A stretch of 54,553 bases of DNA. Origin: Atractiella rhizophila (lineage: Eukaryota). The position numbers and the translations under genes are program-made. Positions 1 to 12,934 of this stretch are shown here, piece by piece. The stretch is from the NCBI GenBank assembly GCA_021432655.1, contig MU271369.1:25495-80047 (forward strand). Reading direction: 5' to 3'. Each line of letters begins with the position of its first letter. Position 1 is the stretch's first letter. The notes beneath the pieces are model-generated. The model did not search any database and had not been told where the DNA came from. It was given only the letters and a program-made list of their open reading frames with translations.

Positions 1-297
1 AATCTCACTGCTCCGGATATTCTTTAACAGCTCCTCAAACTTCTGGTCATCAAACCTATGCATCATCACCTCCTTCCCCTTGTACATCAAAACTGGAATA
101 TCATATCTCCATTCTTGCTTCAATTCCTTGAACCTCGCAGCATCAATTCCACTGGCGGCAGGTGGTTCAGGTTGTTGAATGTCGACAAGTTTCACGGTGA
201 GATTATGTGCTTGAGGATGGTCAAACAGCCGGCTCGAAAAGGAATGACAGAGTTGACAGCGCGACCCAACTAGCAGCGTAAAGCGGAGAGGAACCAT
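1..297 (-). CDS. Glutaredoxin-like protein (DUF836 / yeast YDR286C-type), 3'-truncated by the window edge
   Basis: Manual translation from ATG 297: MVPLRFTLLVGSRCQLCHSF...VKLVDIQ...EWRYDIPVLMYKGKEVMMHRFD. It has a CxxC motif plus the W-x-YDIPVL...MxHR motif typical of DUF836. No stop inside the window, so it is absent from the ORF track. Confidence 0.75.
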   Translation of the reverse strand, partial: MVPLRFTLLVGSRCQLCHSFSSRLFDHPQAHNLTVKLVDIQQPEPPAASGIDAARFKELKQEWRYDIPVLMYKGKEVMMHRFDDQKFEELLKNIRSSEI

Positions 298-488
298 GGA
301 CGCTTTGCAGCAAGTTACGAATACACAATACAGCTCTCTGACAAAATGACTGAGATACGAACACGAACAGACAAGAGCAGCATCCTTTACTTTGGGTCTT
401 CAGAAAGCTTCCGGTATCCTGACAAACAACAAACTGCCCTTTGTTTCGGCTTTTCCGACCGAGGTGGTTGCAAAATTTCTGAGCCAAC

Positions 489-2161
489 ATGCGAATAGCT
501 AGGAGATTCCTTACCGATATTTCAGAGGCAGCCAAGCGAAGGGCAGACTTTAAACGGCGCCAGGTAAGCGCTTTCAGTTCCAGTGTAAAACAGCTCAATT
601 CCTCAAGTCCTAGAACACGAGCTTCATCGACTGCACCTCCCTCTATATTCGTTCCGGCGTCGGTGGTAACGGCTGCGTAGCTTTTGAAAGAGATGCATAT
701 GTTCCCTATGGGCCACCTTCAGGCGGTCATGGAGGCCCTGGCGGAAATGTCTACGTTTTGCCAGTAAAAGGAATGACATCGCTGAAAGGAGTGGGACGAT
801 TCGTTCGCGCAAAGCCTGGTGAACACGGCAAGGGGAGCTGGCAGGGTGGGAAGAAAGGAGATGATGTCGTTATGCGGGTTCCAGTAGGAACGGTGGTCAC
901 GGAGATTGATAGGGAGGTGTGGGAGGAGAAGGTTAGGGAGAGGATTGCGGAGGTGGACGAGGATTGTAAGTTTTTGAGAAGGAAGATCAAGAGGGAACAA
1001 AAAGGGTCCGAGTGGAAACCTTTGGAGGGTGCTGGCGTGCATGTCCTGGAGCGGAAGGTTGAGGAGAACGAGGCAGAAACGCCAGAGGAGGAGCTGGAGG
1101 AGGAGGAGAGGCTGAAGGCTCTGAAAGAGCATTTCTTCGTCTCCCATCCTTCTCCATCAATGGAATTGGACCCAAACAATGTTCACTTCCTCCGTCTTCT
1201 TTTACAGACCATTGTCGAACACAAACATACGCTCAAAAACTCCCTCCGTCGGCCAACCCTCAATTACGATCTTTCAACCCAATCCGTTCCCGCTCCAATC
1301 CTCCTCTTACGTGGAGGAGCAGGAGGACTTGGAAATCCCGCGTTTACCAGCGAGCATATTCGTTCACCAAAGATTGCTACACGTGGAGATGCAGGTCAAG
1401 AACTACGCCTGTCCCTCGAGCTCAAACTGCTTGCCGACGTCTCCCTTGTGGGTTTCCCGAACGCAGGAAAGTCGACTCTCCTTCGTGCGGTCTCAAGTTC
1501 TCGAACACATATCGCTCCTTACGCATTTACCACAATGAATCCGCACCTCGGAGTGGTCCAACTATTCACAGATGGATCCTTCGGTGACGGTCGTGACGAT
1601 GTGATTGCAGACAGTCCTGAGGATGGAGAGGCCCGCTGGCGTCCTCCAGGAGGGAAGTTCGCGAATGCGGGCAAGGAAGAGAAACTTCGATTCACCATGA
1701 TGGACTGCCCTGGACTCTTGCCAGACGCAAGCAAGAACGTCGGACTTGGACATGCCTTCCTTCGCCACGTGGAACGAGCCAAAGCTCTCCTTTATGTCGT
1801 TTCCATTCACGGTGCTGATGGGAAGCCGTGGGAAGAGCTGGAGGTACTCAGGAACGAGCTGATCGCTTATATGGACGGTTTGGACAAGCGCGTATGGGGT
1901 GTGGTTGTTACGAAGATGGACGAAGTAGATCCCGAAGTGGGACGTACAACGTTACTGAAGATCGAGGAATGGGTGCGCGAAACAGAAAGGAAGGAAGGAA
2001 GGGAAGGCGCTTTACGAGTTATACCTGTGAGCGCTAAGTTCAGGATGAACACGACCAAGCTAGTTTGGACGTTTGGAGATTGGATACGGGACCTAAGGGA
2101 AAGGGAGAAAGCATTGGAAGAAGCCGAACTGGCAAAAGCTGCTGAGGGGGAGCAGGAGTAA
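489..2161 (+). CDS. MTG2: Mitochondrial Obg-family GTPase (one intron, about 564-614)
   Basis: Gly-rich Obg fold (FIDC..SGVGGNGCVAF..PSGGHGGPGGNVY; GGAGGLGN), LELKLLADVSLVGFPNAGKSTLL (G1), YAFTT (G2), DCPGL (G3), GLGHAFLRHVER, TKMD (G4), VSAK (G5). Basic N-terminal presequence. Confidence 0.93.
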
Positions 2162-2423
2162 GCTCAGTATCGTTGTCTATTATCTTCCATACAGTACTAC
2201 TCAGCCTTTTGTCCATGCTTTAATTCCACTCTTACCATTGAAGAAAATTTGAAAGATGGATTGCACTGACAACAGAGTACGCATTGAGAGGAAAGAATAT
2301 AAGCGATTGTGATGTAATAAAAAGTGTAGCAGGAAGCACAAAAGATTGTTTCCAAAATCCAAGAACAATACCAAGGAACAGAGAAACCTATCTTACAAAT
2401 CAACGGATCCACACTAATTTGTA

Positions 2424-5400
2424 TTAATTGTTGTGATCATGAGCAGGGATGGAAGACGACAAAGGAATTTCAGTCACGGGACTCTGGACGACGAATCTAT
2501 CAGGACTCTGCGGGACGAATCTGTCAGGGCTCGTCGCGATGATGCGTTCGGCATCCTCCACGGAAAGCGTGTCCCTTCTCTCCGGGCTAGGGGTCGACAA
2601 TTGGGAGAATGCAGGCGGACGAGGTACGGTGTCGGAGCTGTTGTTCGATTGGGACATCATGTCCCTTTGCACTTCTGTAGCGCTCAAAGACTTTCGTTCT
2701 GACGTCAGGCGACGGAATTTGCCCACCGCTCTCAGAACAGTAAGCGGTACTCTCGGCTGGAACGCTGCTTTCAAATCTTCTACCTCGATAGCGATCGGTT
2801 CATAGGTCACGTTCTCCTCTTTCGAAATCAAGGGGTCTGTTCCATCCTTCGTCAACCATGCATGGTCCTGTAACATCCCTCTATTAGAACCGTCACGAAA
2901 GAGAATGGAAACGTACTCGAATGTCATCGATCTTTGCGCGCTTTACAGGATCCTTTTCTAACAATGTTTTGAGTAGATCGACAGCCGATTCGGATAGGGT
3001 ATTGGGATATTCGGGCCTGGGTTGTTCTCAATCAAGGAAATGAGGGAAGAGAAAGAAAACGGACTCTTGGCTACAGATTAGCGAGTACAATTCCATGGGT
3101 AAAGTGCTCTCGAAGGGTAGCCGCCCTATCAGCAGCGCATAAAGCGTGACGCCGGCAGCCCAAACGTCAGCTGGGAATCCACCAAGACCGGCGGGTGAAG
3201 GAGCTATTGCCATGTATCAGCTAGAAGCCTGAAGAGAAGGATGAAAGAGCGCACCACCGCAAGATTCGGGAGGCAGGAAGGCTGGGCTACCAGCATTTTT
3301 AGAGCCGCTGTCGTCGCCCCGCTTGTCGAACACCTCGGAAACACCAAAGTCCACAATTTTGCAAGTTCGCTCAGCATCCTTCATAAGTAAAATGTTGTCT
3401 GGCTTGATGTCACGATGGGCAATGTCGTTGTAATGAAGATATTCGAGTCCTGCGAGAAATCATCAGAGACAAGATGTGCCAGAAGCCAGGACGAACCAAG
3501 AACGATTTGGCGGAAGTAATGGCGTGCATCAGCTTCGGATAAAGGAGGACTGGGTTCTCCAATCTCGAGCCGCATGAGAGATCCACCAGGACAAAGTTCA
3601 ATGACTATTCTCCACCAGTAAGCATGTGTGTCGCAATAGTGGTAAAAGGCGACATACCCATGAATAAGCTGTCGCCAGTCGAGTCCAGTACTTCAAAAAG
3701 CTTAGCGATGTGCTTATGGTCCAACTTCTTCATAACAGCTACCTCGCCCTTGATAAGTTGCATCGGGTCATTGTCGAATTGGTCCAAGACTTTGAGGAAT
3801 TGGTTCCTCCTCCCCTTCCCTCTTAGCATCTCTGCCTTGGCTCTCTTCTTCAGAGTGGACTTTGAGAACTCTTTCACCGCATACTCCACCCCAGTGTCTG
3901 TGTCCACCACCAACTCGACACTCCCAAAGCTCCCCTTTCCTAACTTGCGTCCGAACTTATATTGGTTCAGCGTACGACTGCCATCTGGATTCGAAGTCGT
4001 GATCGCGTTGTGAGTCTCCTTCACGGAGTGCGAGGACGATTTACGTCGGTGGTGGAGACCGATTCTTCCATCGTTTGACACGGGAGTGATAGGCGACGGA
4101 ACATCAAGTTTGGATTGCGAAAAGACGGAGGAGCCAGCTGAGGAAGCAGTAGAGAACGTGCGATCCTTCGATCGATCAGGGAGAGGGGGTGCCTCCTCTT
4201 CCTCGACATCTCCATTGGAGGATGCATCGCTCCTGCTACGCATCCTGGCAGGGTGAAAAGCGATCGGAGAAGCAGAAAGGTTCCTGCCTCCCATGAGCAT
4301 CTCGACATCATCGTCGTTGGTATGGGGGGTCAAGAGATCATCATGGTCCGAAACGGCGATCGAAGGGTTGTTACGGGTATGGTTGCGTGGAGATCTGGCA
4401 TTCTTCGTTTTGAGATCTATGGTGCTCGTCCTGATCGGGTCCAACTTCCCCCCAACGCTGCCACTTCCACTTCCACTGCCGCTGCCGCTGCCTCCATTCA
4501 TAGGAAGAGGATCCTTGAACATCGAAAAACCTCCTTCAGGTTCATCGCTTGGCGAAGCGAACATAGTCACGTCCTCGTCAACCTGTCCATCCACTGCCAG
4601 GCCACCAGGTGCACCACCGAAGAGCTGATAACCGTCCGGCGCCTCAATGGGAGAAGCGAATTGTCTGAAATCGGATGATTCCTCGACGGGGGAAGCAAAG
4701 GTAGTGACTTGGTCTTCAGGTTCGGCCGAGAGAACTTCGTTTCCAGCTTGACCGTTGTCGTCGTTGGAGGTCGCCATACTGAGTCTGCCTAGGTTTGGCC
4801 TCCTCTTCTCCATGTTTATCTTCATCAGTTCCCTTCTATCCATTTTCTTTTGCATTCCAAGGCCCCCTGATCCCTTCAAAGCAGCAAAAGCGTCTTCCCT
4901 CTCTTCGGTCGGAGAGTCGAAAGTGAGCACTTCCGGAGGCGGCGCGTTGGCACTGTTGCCGTTGTTGAGACTTTTCTTCCTGACGATCTCCTTTCGGAGG
5001 TCTTCCTTCTTGCCTTTGAAGATGGCGAATCCGACGTCGTCTGAGGTGGGCGAATCGAAGGTGATTGGCGAAGAGGAGGCGTGAGGAGAAGCGGGCGACG
5101 GTGGTTGAAGAGAGATGGCGGGGGTTGGGGTAAGGGGAGACAGTGTATTGATGGCAGGTGGAGGCGGTGGTGAAGCTACAGCCGTTGAACGTTGAGCGAA
5201 AAAATAGAAACAAAGACAGATAAACACGAACTTGGAGGTGAGATGGTGAGCATAGCTCCAACGGTGAGCTCCGGAGCCTCCTTTCGGCCATGATCCATCA
5301 CGGTATCTTCGGTGTCCTCTCTCTTCTCCTGGTCCTGCTTCTTGATTTCTTCGGCAACTGCTGGCGCATTTGAATCGACATCTTGAATAGCGACAGCTGG

Positions 5401-5871
5401 AAGCGGTGGTTGGGAACTGACTTGGACCTCCGCCTCCTGCGGATGAATGTTGGAAATGGGCTCCAACTCCTCCGGCTCCTCGACCTTCTTCACATCGCCA
5501 TATCCACCGGTCTGACTGCCGCTCGCTCCGCTGGTCGTGGCCAGGCTGAGATTCCTTCCGTCCGAGTCCTTCAAGTTGCCATACCCAACATCCAGCTTGT
5601 CCCCCAAATGGACCTCCAACGGTTCGACTGCATACTTGGAATCGGGGAGTGGGGATGGCGGACGAGAGTGGAAGGACTTGGAGAAGCGCAAGTTGGGCGA
5701 CGGTATCCGTTGACCGATTCCTCCGTAAGGGTGCTGGTTGATAGATTCGCCAGAGGGAGTTGGTGAGGGTGGAGAGTGATGGGCTTCCGATGAACCGATG
5801 CAAGGAATCGAAATCTTTTCACGCAGGCGGCTGAAGAGCCTCTTGCGTTTTGGAAGGGACGTCGTCGACAT
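2424..5871 (-). CDS. CaMKK/Ssp1/Sak1-family Ser/Thr kinase with a long disordered N-terminus (multi-exon)
   Basis: LNQYKFGRKLGKGSFGSV, YAVKEFSK, EVAVMKKLDH, HRDIKPDNILL, IVDFGVSEVF, AGSPAFLPPE and DVWAAGVTLY are distributed over minus-strand exons. ATG 5871 (MSTTSLPKRKR). Confidence 0.88.
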
Positions 5872-6418
5872 GCCCCCAAGGCGTGCGAGAATGAAGCCTC
5901 GGTTGAACCTTGGAGTGAGGTGATTCGTGGTCGTTTTCAGTTGGGGATTATTCTTGGTGACTCTTTCACGCACCAGCGAATATTAGATTATTTACCGCGG
6001 ATCGGAGAATTCGACAAGGAGGCACAGCATTTATTGCACACAATTTTCTACAGTGTCATATCTCTCAGTCTCCGAGTGTTCAGGGTACTGAGTTCTGATT
6101 GGGTATTGAAAAAGAAACAACAGTAAATGCGACTGAGAAAACGATCAATCCCGAATGAGGAATACAGGTTTGCATGGCTGCTGCTTTTGCGAATCGTCAG
6201 CGCACGAGGTGGTTCTGCTATTTGATGAGGACGAGAAAGAAGGAGAAATAATGCTCTGCACCTGAATCAAGCGATGATATCGTTCTGTGATAATTGGAAA
6301 GCAGCATCTGCCTGTTGATGTTCTGTGACAAGTAGTATTCTTTTGCACACAATTGAATTAAACATTGATCAGTCGAGCAAACGAGATGGAAATGTTAAAA
6401 AACTCACGACATCGACCG

Positions 6419-6934
6419 TTAAATCCTTAGTGGGATCTTCTCCAAGAAAGTCTTCAATTTCTCCTCCAATTCCCCCATTACTTCTTCCGGGTTCCTACCC
6501 TCCCGCTTCCACTGCTGAGCCTCCATTCCCTCTCTGCCCTCTACAGCGACTATCTCGTCTTCGCCTAGATCTACTTCCTTCTCGAATTTATCGCCCAATT
6601 CGACGCGATGCAAAAACCAGACCCCCTGCACACTCTCCAACAATTTCTTCGCCTCCGCCTCCTCCTCAAACCGCTTTGCCTTCCTCAACAGCATCGCGAT
6701 CGCCTGAAGTCTCCCACGCAATCTCCCAACGCGCAATCCGAGCGGTGGAGCGAGAAGACTGAGCCCTTCTTTGAACCCCTGTTGTACCGTTGAATCTTCA
6801 CCAGCATGCAATCCGCTCCGGTAGCCTTGGTTTGTCAAGTTTTCGCGTAGACGCTCGTATGATGTTGATGGTCTCAATGAAGGGTTCGGATTGGCATTCA
6901 CGGAAGGGGAGAGGTCGAAATCTTCGTCGTCCAT
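6419..6934 (-). CDS. YAE1: Yae1 (Yae1_N deca-GX3 domain; Fe-S delivery adaptor for Rli1)
   Basis: Single exon MDDEDFDL...GYRSGLHAGEDSTVQQGFKEG...GLRVGRLRGRL. The GYxxG...QxGFxEG GX3 repeat is the Yae1 signature. Confidence 0.82.
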   Translation of the reverse strand: MDDEDFDLSPSVNANPNPSLRPSTSYERLRENLTNQGYRSGLHAGEDSTVQQGFKEGLSLLAPPLGLRVGRLRGRLQAIAMLLRKAKRFEEEAEAKKLLESVQGVWFLHRVELGDKFEKEVDLGEDEIVAVEGREGMEAQQWKREGRNPEEVMGELEEKLKTFLEKIPLRI

Positions 6935-7033
6935 TCTTTTGGGTGACAATTATTGGCTTCGTGGATTTTTGTGGGATGGAAGTTGAAAGGTTCGGATATT
7001 TAAAAATGTCCCGAAAAAGGACGAGCAAGAGGG

Positions 7034-8661
7034 ATGAGGCATCGAGTATGGAGTCCTTCTGTCAATCGCGCTTTCAAAGCGTTTAGGTCTACGCTATCTA
7101 TACCTTCCCTGCCAACGACTGTGCCCAAGCCAGTTCTCGCGGCTCGGCGTGTCATAGAAGACAAATCTCAAGTTCGTGTCTCTTTTCAAGTTGGCGGCTT
7201 ATGATTGATATACGCACGCATAGTGGGTAACAGCTTCATCAGGTCACAGCACCGTCTTTTCTGGAGGGACGAAGAAAGAGTCAACCTCACAGAAGAAAAA
7301 GAACCATCAGTGGTCGAAGATTGAGCGCTTGCTGCAAAAATGGGACGACTTGGATTCTGTGAGCCTCTTTTCCCCGTTTTCGATTATCTGACCTGCGTGT
7401 TCCCTAAAACAGGCGTGCAAATCACTTCATGCCATGTCACTTGAATCTAGTGACGACGAAGAGATGCTTTCCTTGTCCACTTCAGAGCTCACTTCCACCC
7501 TCACATCCCTCGACAAGTACGCCTTTCTCCTCCATTCAGCCCTCATCGACTTCCTCTCCCCATTCTACGGAACGTCTCACTTTCCAGCCCTGATCGAAAT
7601 CAAATCAGCAGTCGGTGGACTCGAGTCTGCCCTTTTCGCAGAGGAGATATTAGGGATGTATGTTGAGCTTGCCAATCGGTGTGGATGGGAGGCAACCGTG
7701 ATGGAGAATAACAGGATGGAGCAAGGTGGATGTAGGGATGCGGTACTGCAGATTTCGAGGGATGCGAAGAAGAGGAAGTGGGAAGGAGAAGACGAGGGAG
7801 AGGACGGTGCTGACGATTCGGATCCATTTGGAGGACCTTTCGGAAGGCTCAGGTGGGAGAGTGGCGTACATCGCGTGCAGAGGGTGCCAGCGACAGAGAG
7901 CAAGGGAAGGACGCACACGTCGACGGTCGGAGTAGTGGTATTTCGTTCCTTTTCGTTGCCCCAGCAGCAGTTCACTGGAGAATCTTTAGGTGCTGCCAAT
8001 GGATCCCCATGCGGAGTCTCCCACCTTGGCGAGCATTCACATAGACCCAAAGGATATCAGAATGGACACATTTCGAGCGAGCGGTCCAGGTGGACAGGTC
8101 TGTGTTTTCGTCATCTCATTCCGTTCCTGAACTCGCATTATTCTACAGCACGTAAACAAGGTGGAGACCGCGGTTCGACTGACACATTTTCCAAGCGGGC
8201 TGGTCGTGGCCAATCAAGAGACAAGGTCGCAACACGAGGTTTGTACTGTTCTCTACTTAGTTCGGGAACGGATGAAGACTTAACACTTGCGACTTGGTGA
8301 CAGAATAAAGCTCGAGCATATGCTTTATTGCGTGCGAGATTGTTAGACAGGCAGCTCCAGGAAGAAGCTTCGCTGAGAGCGAGCTCGAGGAAAGCTCAGA
8401 TCAAATCCTTTGATCGTTCAGAGAAAATTCGGACATACAACTTCCCTGATGTTTGTCTCTCTGTATCTGCTACAAGGTTGACGATCATCGCTTACGCTCT
8501 CTTTCTTTATCAAGGGACGTGTGACAGATCATCGACTCCCTCTCACTCTCAATGTGCTGAACGATGTTCTGCATGGAGGGCCCTCACTTGATGTGTTTGC
8601 TGAACACTTGAAACAGAAGGAGGACGACGAGAAGCTTGATTGGGTTCTGACAACAGGATAG
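7034..8661 (+). CDS. MRF1: Mitochondrial peptide chain release factor 1 (multi-exon)
   Basis: [39 protein letters not shown] (PxT motif), [22 protein letters not shown] (GGQ immediately before an intron), [19 protein letters not shown]. Basic presequence from ATG 7034. Confidence 0.92.
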
Positions 8662-8775
8662 AGAGATTTTGAAAATCCAAAAGTACGACGCTAACTACGA
8701 CTAATTTATTTACATTTTAGCACAACTCTTGCAATACCTAATGTCATTCAATTCTGCATGCGCATAATTTCATCA

Positions 8776-11700
8776 TCAACTTAGATCCATGCTTCGTGTT
8801 CGGGACACTCCGTTCTCGCCATGTCGTAGCATCTTCTCTTTTGCGCGAGCTGCTAGCCCGTCCTCTATCCGCTTGAGCGAAGCTATCCAATTCTTCAATG
8901 CTTCCGAAAGCCTCTTCTTCAATGACTGGAGATCGGTTTGTGACAGCGCTGAAGGAAATGCCAGCTCGCCATCTTCGGGGGTGAGGGAAAGAAGAAGATC
9001 GAAGCTGTTGTGCGGGAGGTAAGTCGTACCATTCATTGTGGGTGGAGACAGAGCAATCGAGTTTTGGCTCTGTACTGACATATGAGCTTCCAAGAGATAT
9101 TAGGGGAAGGAAGTGTCTACATACCCTGCTGACTAGTCGAATAGAAAATTCGAAAGCAGTCCTCAGGAGGTTAAACTTCATCACACTCCTGATGAAATGA
9201 TCGGGAAAGCGCTCGAGGTAGAATTCGATGAGCCAGTTGGGTAGATTGAAACTTCTGTCAAATTCGAGAATCCGCATTAGGACTACCGAATGGTATGTCC
9301 AATTAGTCCGTGAAGAATCGTATCGTTGCAACAGGCTCTGGAGTATCCGCCAGCCTCGAGCTGCATACGAACCCTGCCATGTTGATGCCACTCCAAACCG
9401 TGTTACCCATGTTGCTAGATTCGATTCACTGTCATGTCGTTAGGAACGGCAGAAATCGGCCCAGGAACACGTACACTGCTTGTGAGTCGCTCAGGATCCC
9501 TAACCGTAGGCACTTTTCCGCCAAAATAGCAAAGATGTTGGACATATCCTCTTCCAGTCGTGCAGCGACACTGAAAGCCGTCTCGTATGCTTCTGTTTCC
9601 GCGAGTAACGAGACAACGACGTCGGGGGTGAGTGGATTGCCTATACCAAGTTGAGTTACTTTATTCTGGGGAAAAAGGAGGCATACTTCTTTGTAAAAGT
9701 TCGGGATAGTCATCTGCAAGCTGCAACCGCGAAACTGCCATCGTATACTCTTTCCTTATATCTTCGACCTCTACCACATCGATCTTTACTGCATCCTTAG
9801 AGAAATGGCTGTCTGGAATAACGTATTGGAGCTTGCGCTTCCGTTTGCCAATCATTTTCGAACCCTGAATGTTGACGGGAATCCAAGCCTGTTCCTTTGG
9901 CTCCACCAGAGAGAGTGCGTTAATAGCTGCAAGGTAGCTTTGCGTTTGCAGCCTGATTGGCCGTCGAGGATCGGCGGAGCGGTAAGCTGTGTTCTCGATA
10001 CGTTGTGCATGGAGGTACATAGCTAAGGCGGCTGGAAAGAAACCATCAGCATCTCGCTGCAGCTCGTAGCAATACCACAAACCATTTCGATAGTCAGCTT
10101 TGGAGATATGGTACGCGTACAGGATACGATAATAATTTGGGGTTGAAAGCGTGTCCGAATTTCTTGCTCGGAAGTCCAAGGTCTGTTCAAGTTCTTTGAC
10201 AAGGCCACCGAAGGAATATTTCAATAATTGATCTGTAGCCCCGCTCTCGCACATGAACGAGACAAGGTTTCTCAGACATTCGGGGCGACTACAAGATAGT
10301 TAGCTTCACCATAGGAAGAGTGGTGATAAGACTTACATGTCGGGATTCCCGGATGGCATTGCCATCAAGACTTCGTATGCTCGATCAAATTCTCCAAGCT
10401 GAGCAATGCTCCTGAACAATCGACTCCACAGGTCCGTGCTCGATCCATCCTTCTCTGCCGACCAAACATCGAGCGCAAGTCTGGAAAAGTAAGCAGTCTG
10501 ACTGTGCGCTTCTTTTGGCTCAAAGATCCCAGCGACATGAGCGTAGAAGCGAGCCAACGAAGCTGTGGCTGTATGATTCAGAACTGGGAGGAGCCCAGTA
10601 TCGTCATCAAATCTGAACTCGTTTTCGTCTATGTACCAACCCGTCAGATAGATGGAATCGCTCGCATTAAAAGAGATGACAGGAGGCGTACAGACTCCGC
10701 TTGCAGCTCGTTCAAAGTCTTCTCTGGCGTCTTCTAACCTCCCCAACTCCACTTCTGCCAACCCCTTCACGAATTTCATTCCCGCAGTGCCAGGAAACAT
10801 TTCTGTCCACTGCAGGGCAGCATTAAAGAGTCCGAGCTGAAACAGCCGATAAGCGAACTTGACGTCTGAGGGAGAAGCAACGATGAGCCGTTTAGGAGTC
10901 AGTAGGTCTGTCTGTGCGAAGAAAGAGGCAACGCCAAGTGCTACGTCCTCCGCAGAGGAATTGGTCTTCGCGAGAACCGATCGAAAGATGGTGAGTAGGA
11001 GGTAATGGAGAAGGGAAACTGGCGCTGCATCCAATTGCGGTATGGCTTCCGTATTCGGTCGCGGCGGGAGAGGGAACTCGACTGGTTGATCCTTGAGCCA
11101 CCGCAGAGCAGACCAGGTGTGGTGAACGGAGATGGCGGCGCTGAACGACTCTTCCCATTTATCCATCGCCTCTTCTCGGGCGTACATGCCCACCAGACGG
11201 CAGACGAGTTTCCGACTCTTGCTCCATCGTCGGTCAATCATGATACCCAGTACGCTCTCCAGAGCAAGCGAATGTTCCCACGAGACTGCGACTTGACCCT
11301 CCTCTTCCACCTCCATGTGGGGTGCAGGAACGCTTCCCAACTCCTTCAGACACTCCTCTACTTCCCGAAGCTCAACAGCTTCCAGCTCTTCCACCCCATC
11401 TGTCCTCCCCACCAGCTCTGCAGCAGTCTCTTCCAACCCATTCTTTTCCACCTCCTGCACGAGTGCGAGGACATCCCAATCGTACGCCCAATCGCCTTCC
11501 TCTTCTTCCTCCTCAACGTCGCACAAGACTCCCCACCCCTCTCTCAAGAGTATTACTCCCTCTTTCTCCACCGCGAAAGAGAGAGGAACGAGCTCTGACC
11601 TCCGTTTTTGCTCGACGATGGCGCTCCACTTCCTCCATTCCTCTCTGATCTCCTCTTCCAAAAGTCCATACAGCGGCTCTCCCGTCTCCTCATCTTCCTT

Positions 11701-12934
11701 CAGAACCGCCTCCGACGTTGTAGGTATCATATGCGCCGGTAAACGCCTCGCAATCTCTTCGATACTTTCGTCCTCTCCCTCTTTCACACTCGCCAGAGAT
11801 GACGGGGCTCGAATTGTCTGCCACGCCTCCGTCGACCAGTTGAAGATGCGTACGACTCCGCCGACGGACTCAGGTTCGTCCCATAATGTCAGAATCTCCT
11901 TCTCCTCAGCTCGATACACAAAGTCGACACATTCCCTAATCCCCGGCTCGAAATCGCAATTTGCTTTTCCAACATCCTTCCAGATCAGTGAGCCGACGCC
12001 TTGACTCCGATAATTGGCTAGCTGGAGGGAAAAGGTATGTTCAGTCGGATTGTAAAGCACCATGGCAAAAGATCCATCTTGCTGGAGGGCAACCCGGAGC
12101 ATCTTCCTTCGGTTGGAAGGGAGGAGGCTCTCCTTTTTGTCTGGCGCATTGTATACGCATACATGGGTATTGAGATCCCAAACCCGTATCCTTCTTGAGC
12201 GTGTGATGGCAAAGAGGAACGGAGGAGACGTGTGGGTGGTGACCATGTCGAGAAGGAGGTCGGGAGAGGACATGTCGGATATGTTGTGAGAGGAGAAACG
12301 GGAGGCGAGCGCGGTGAAGGGATTGAGACCTGAAGAGTATGAGAGCTGCGAGACGTGCCATTGGTTCGTTGTCACGACTTTTAGCATATCGGATAACACT
12401 CAATGCCACTTCATCCTGACTTAAATGAGAGAGATACTCACCCAGGTCCCGTTCAATGACCCATACTGTCCCATCCTCACAAGCTACGGCCAAGCCTTCC
12501 TTGGGTCCTAGAGAAGACGCGAAAAACGGTCTCCTCTCCCCCTTAATCGTTTCAAATCCCCAATCTTCCAAACTCCACTCCTCAAGCAACTCCTCTTCCT
12601 CTTCCACCTCAGCAAAGAACCATGGCGCGGCAAACGCGAAGCGATACATTCTTCCCTCTGTCAAACAAAAAACGACCATCAGTCCCTCCGGACTTTCCCA
12701 GACCACGGGTGGGCATATCAACGGGTTGTCGAAGTCCCAAGTACTGGGAGTTCTGTCGGGTACGGCGGCCGTGAACAGGTATCGAAACTCGAGCGTGTGT
12801 CCCCCGTTGCACAAGCGGATTTGGATGGTCGCATCTGGACACAGCGATGGTCTGAATATCGTTGGCGGGTAGAGGGAGTGGTTGGATGCGCTGGAGGCCG
12901 CGTTCAGAGGCAGGGGAATGAGAGCGCGTCGCAT
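8776..12934 (-). CDS. NUP120: Nucleoporin Nup120/Nup160 (Y-complex; multi-exon)
   Basis: Beta-propeller N-terminus (LFAITRSRRIRVWDL) followed by a helical C-terminus with LWSRLFRS..FDRAYEVLM, CLRNLVSFMCE, YYRILYAYHISKADYRNAALAMY, YLAAINALSLV and LPNWL, which are typical of Nup160/120. Confidence 0.82.

Noticed and set aside
4458..4495. Hexamer-like repeat (CCACTT/CCGCTG)
   Set aside because: It only encodes a (Gly-Ser)n linker in the kinase N-terminus. The GGTGAA repeat at about 32499-32520 likewise encodes (Ser-Pro)n.
11005..12004. Long plus-strand ORFs (197 and 229 aa); similar shadow ORFs at 32597-33301, 43163-43660 and 53045-53719
   Set aside because: These are antisense or alternate-frame shadows of real genes. 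They are low-complexity, have non-ATG or weak starts and show no recognisable motifs.
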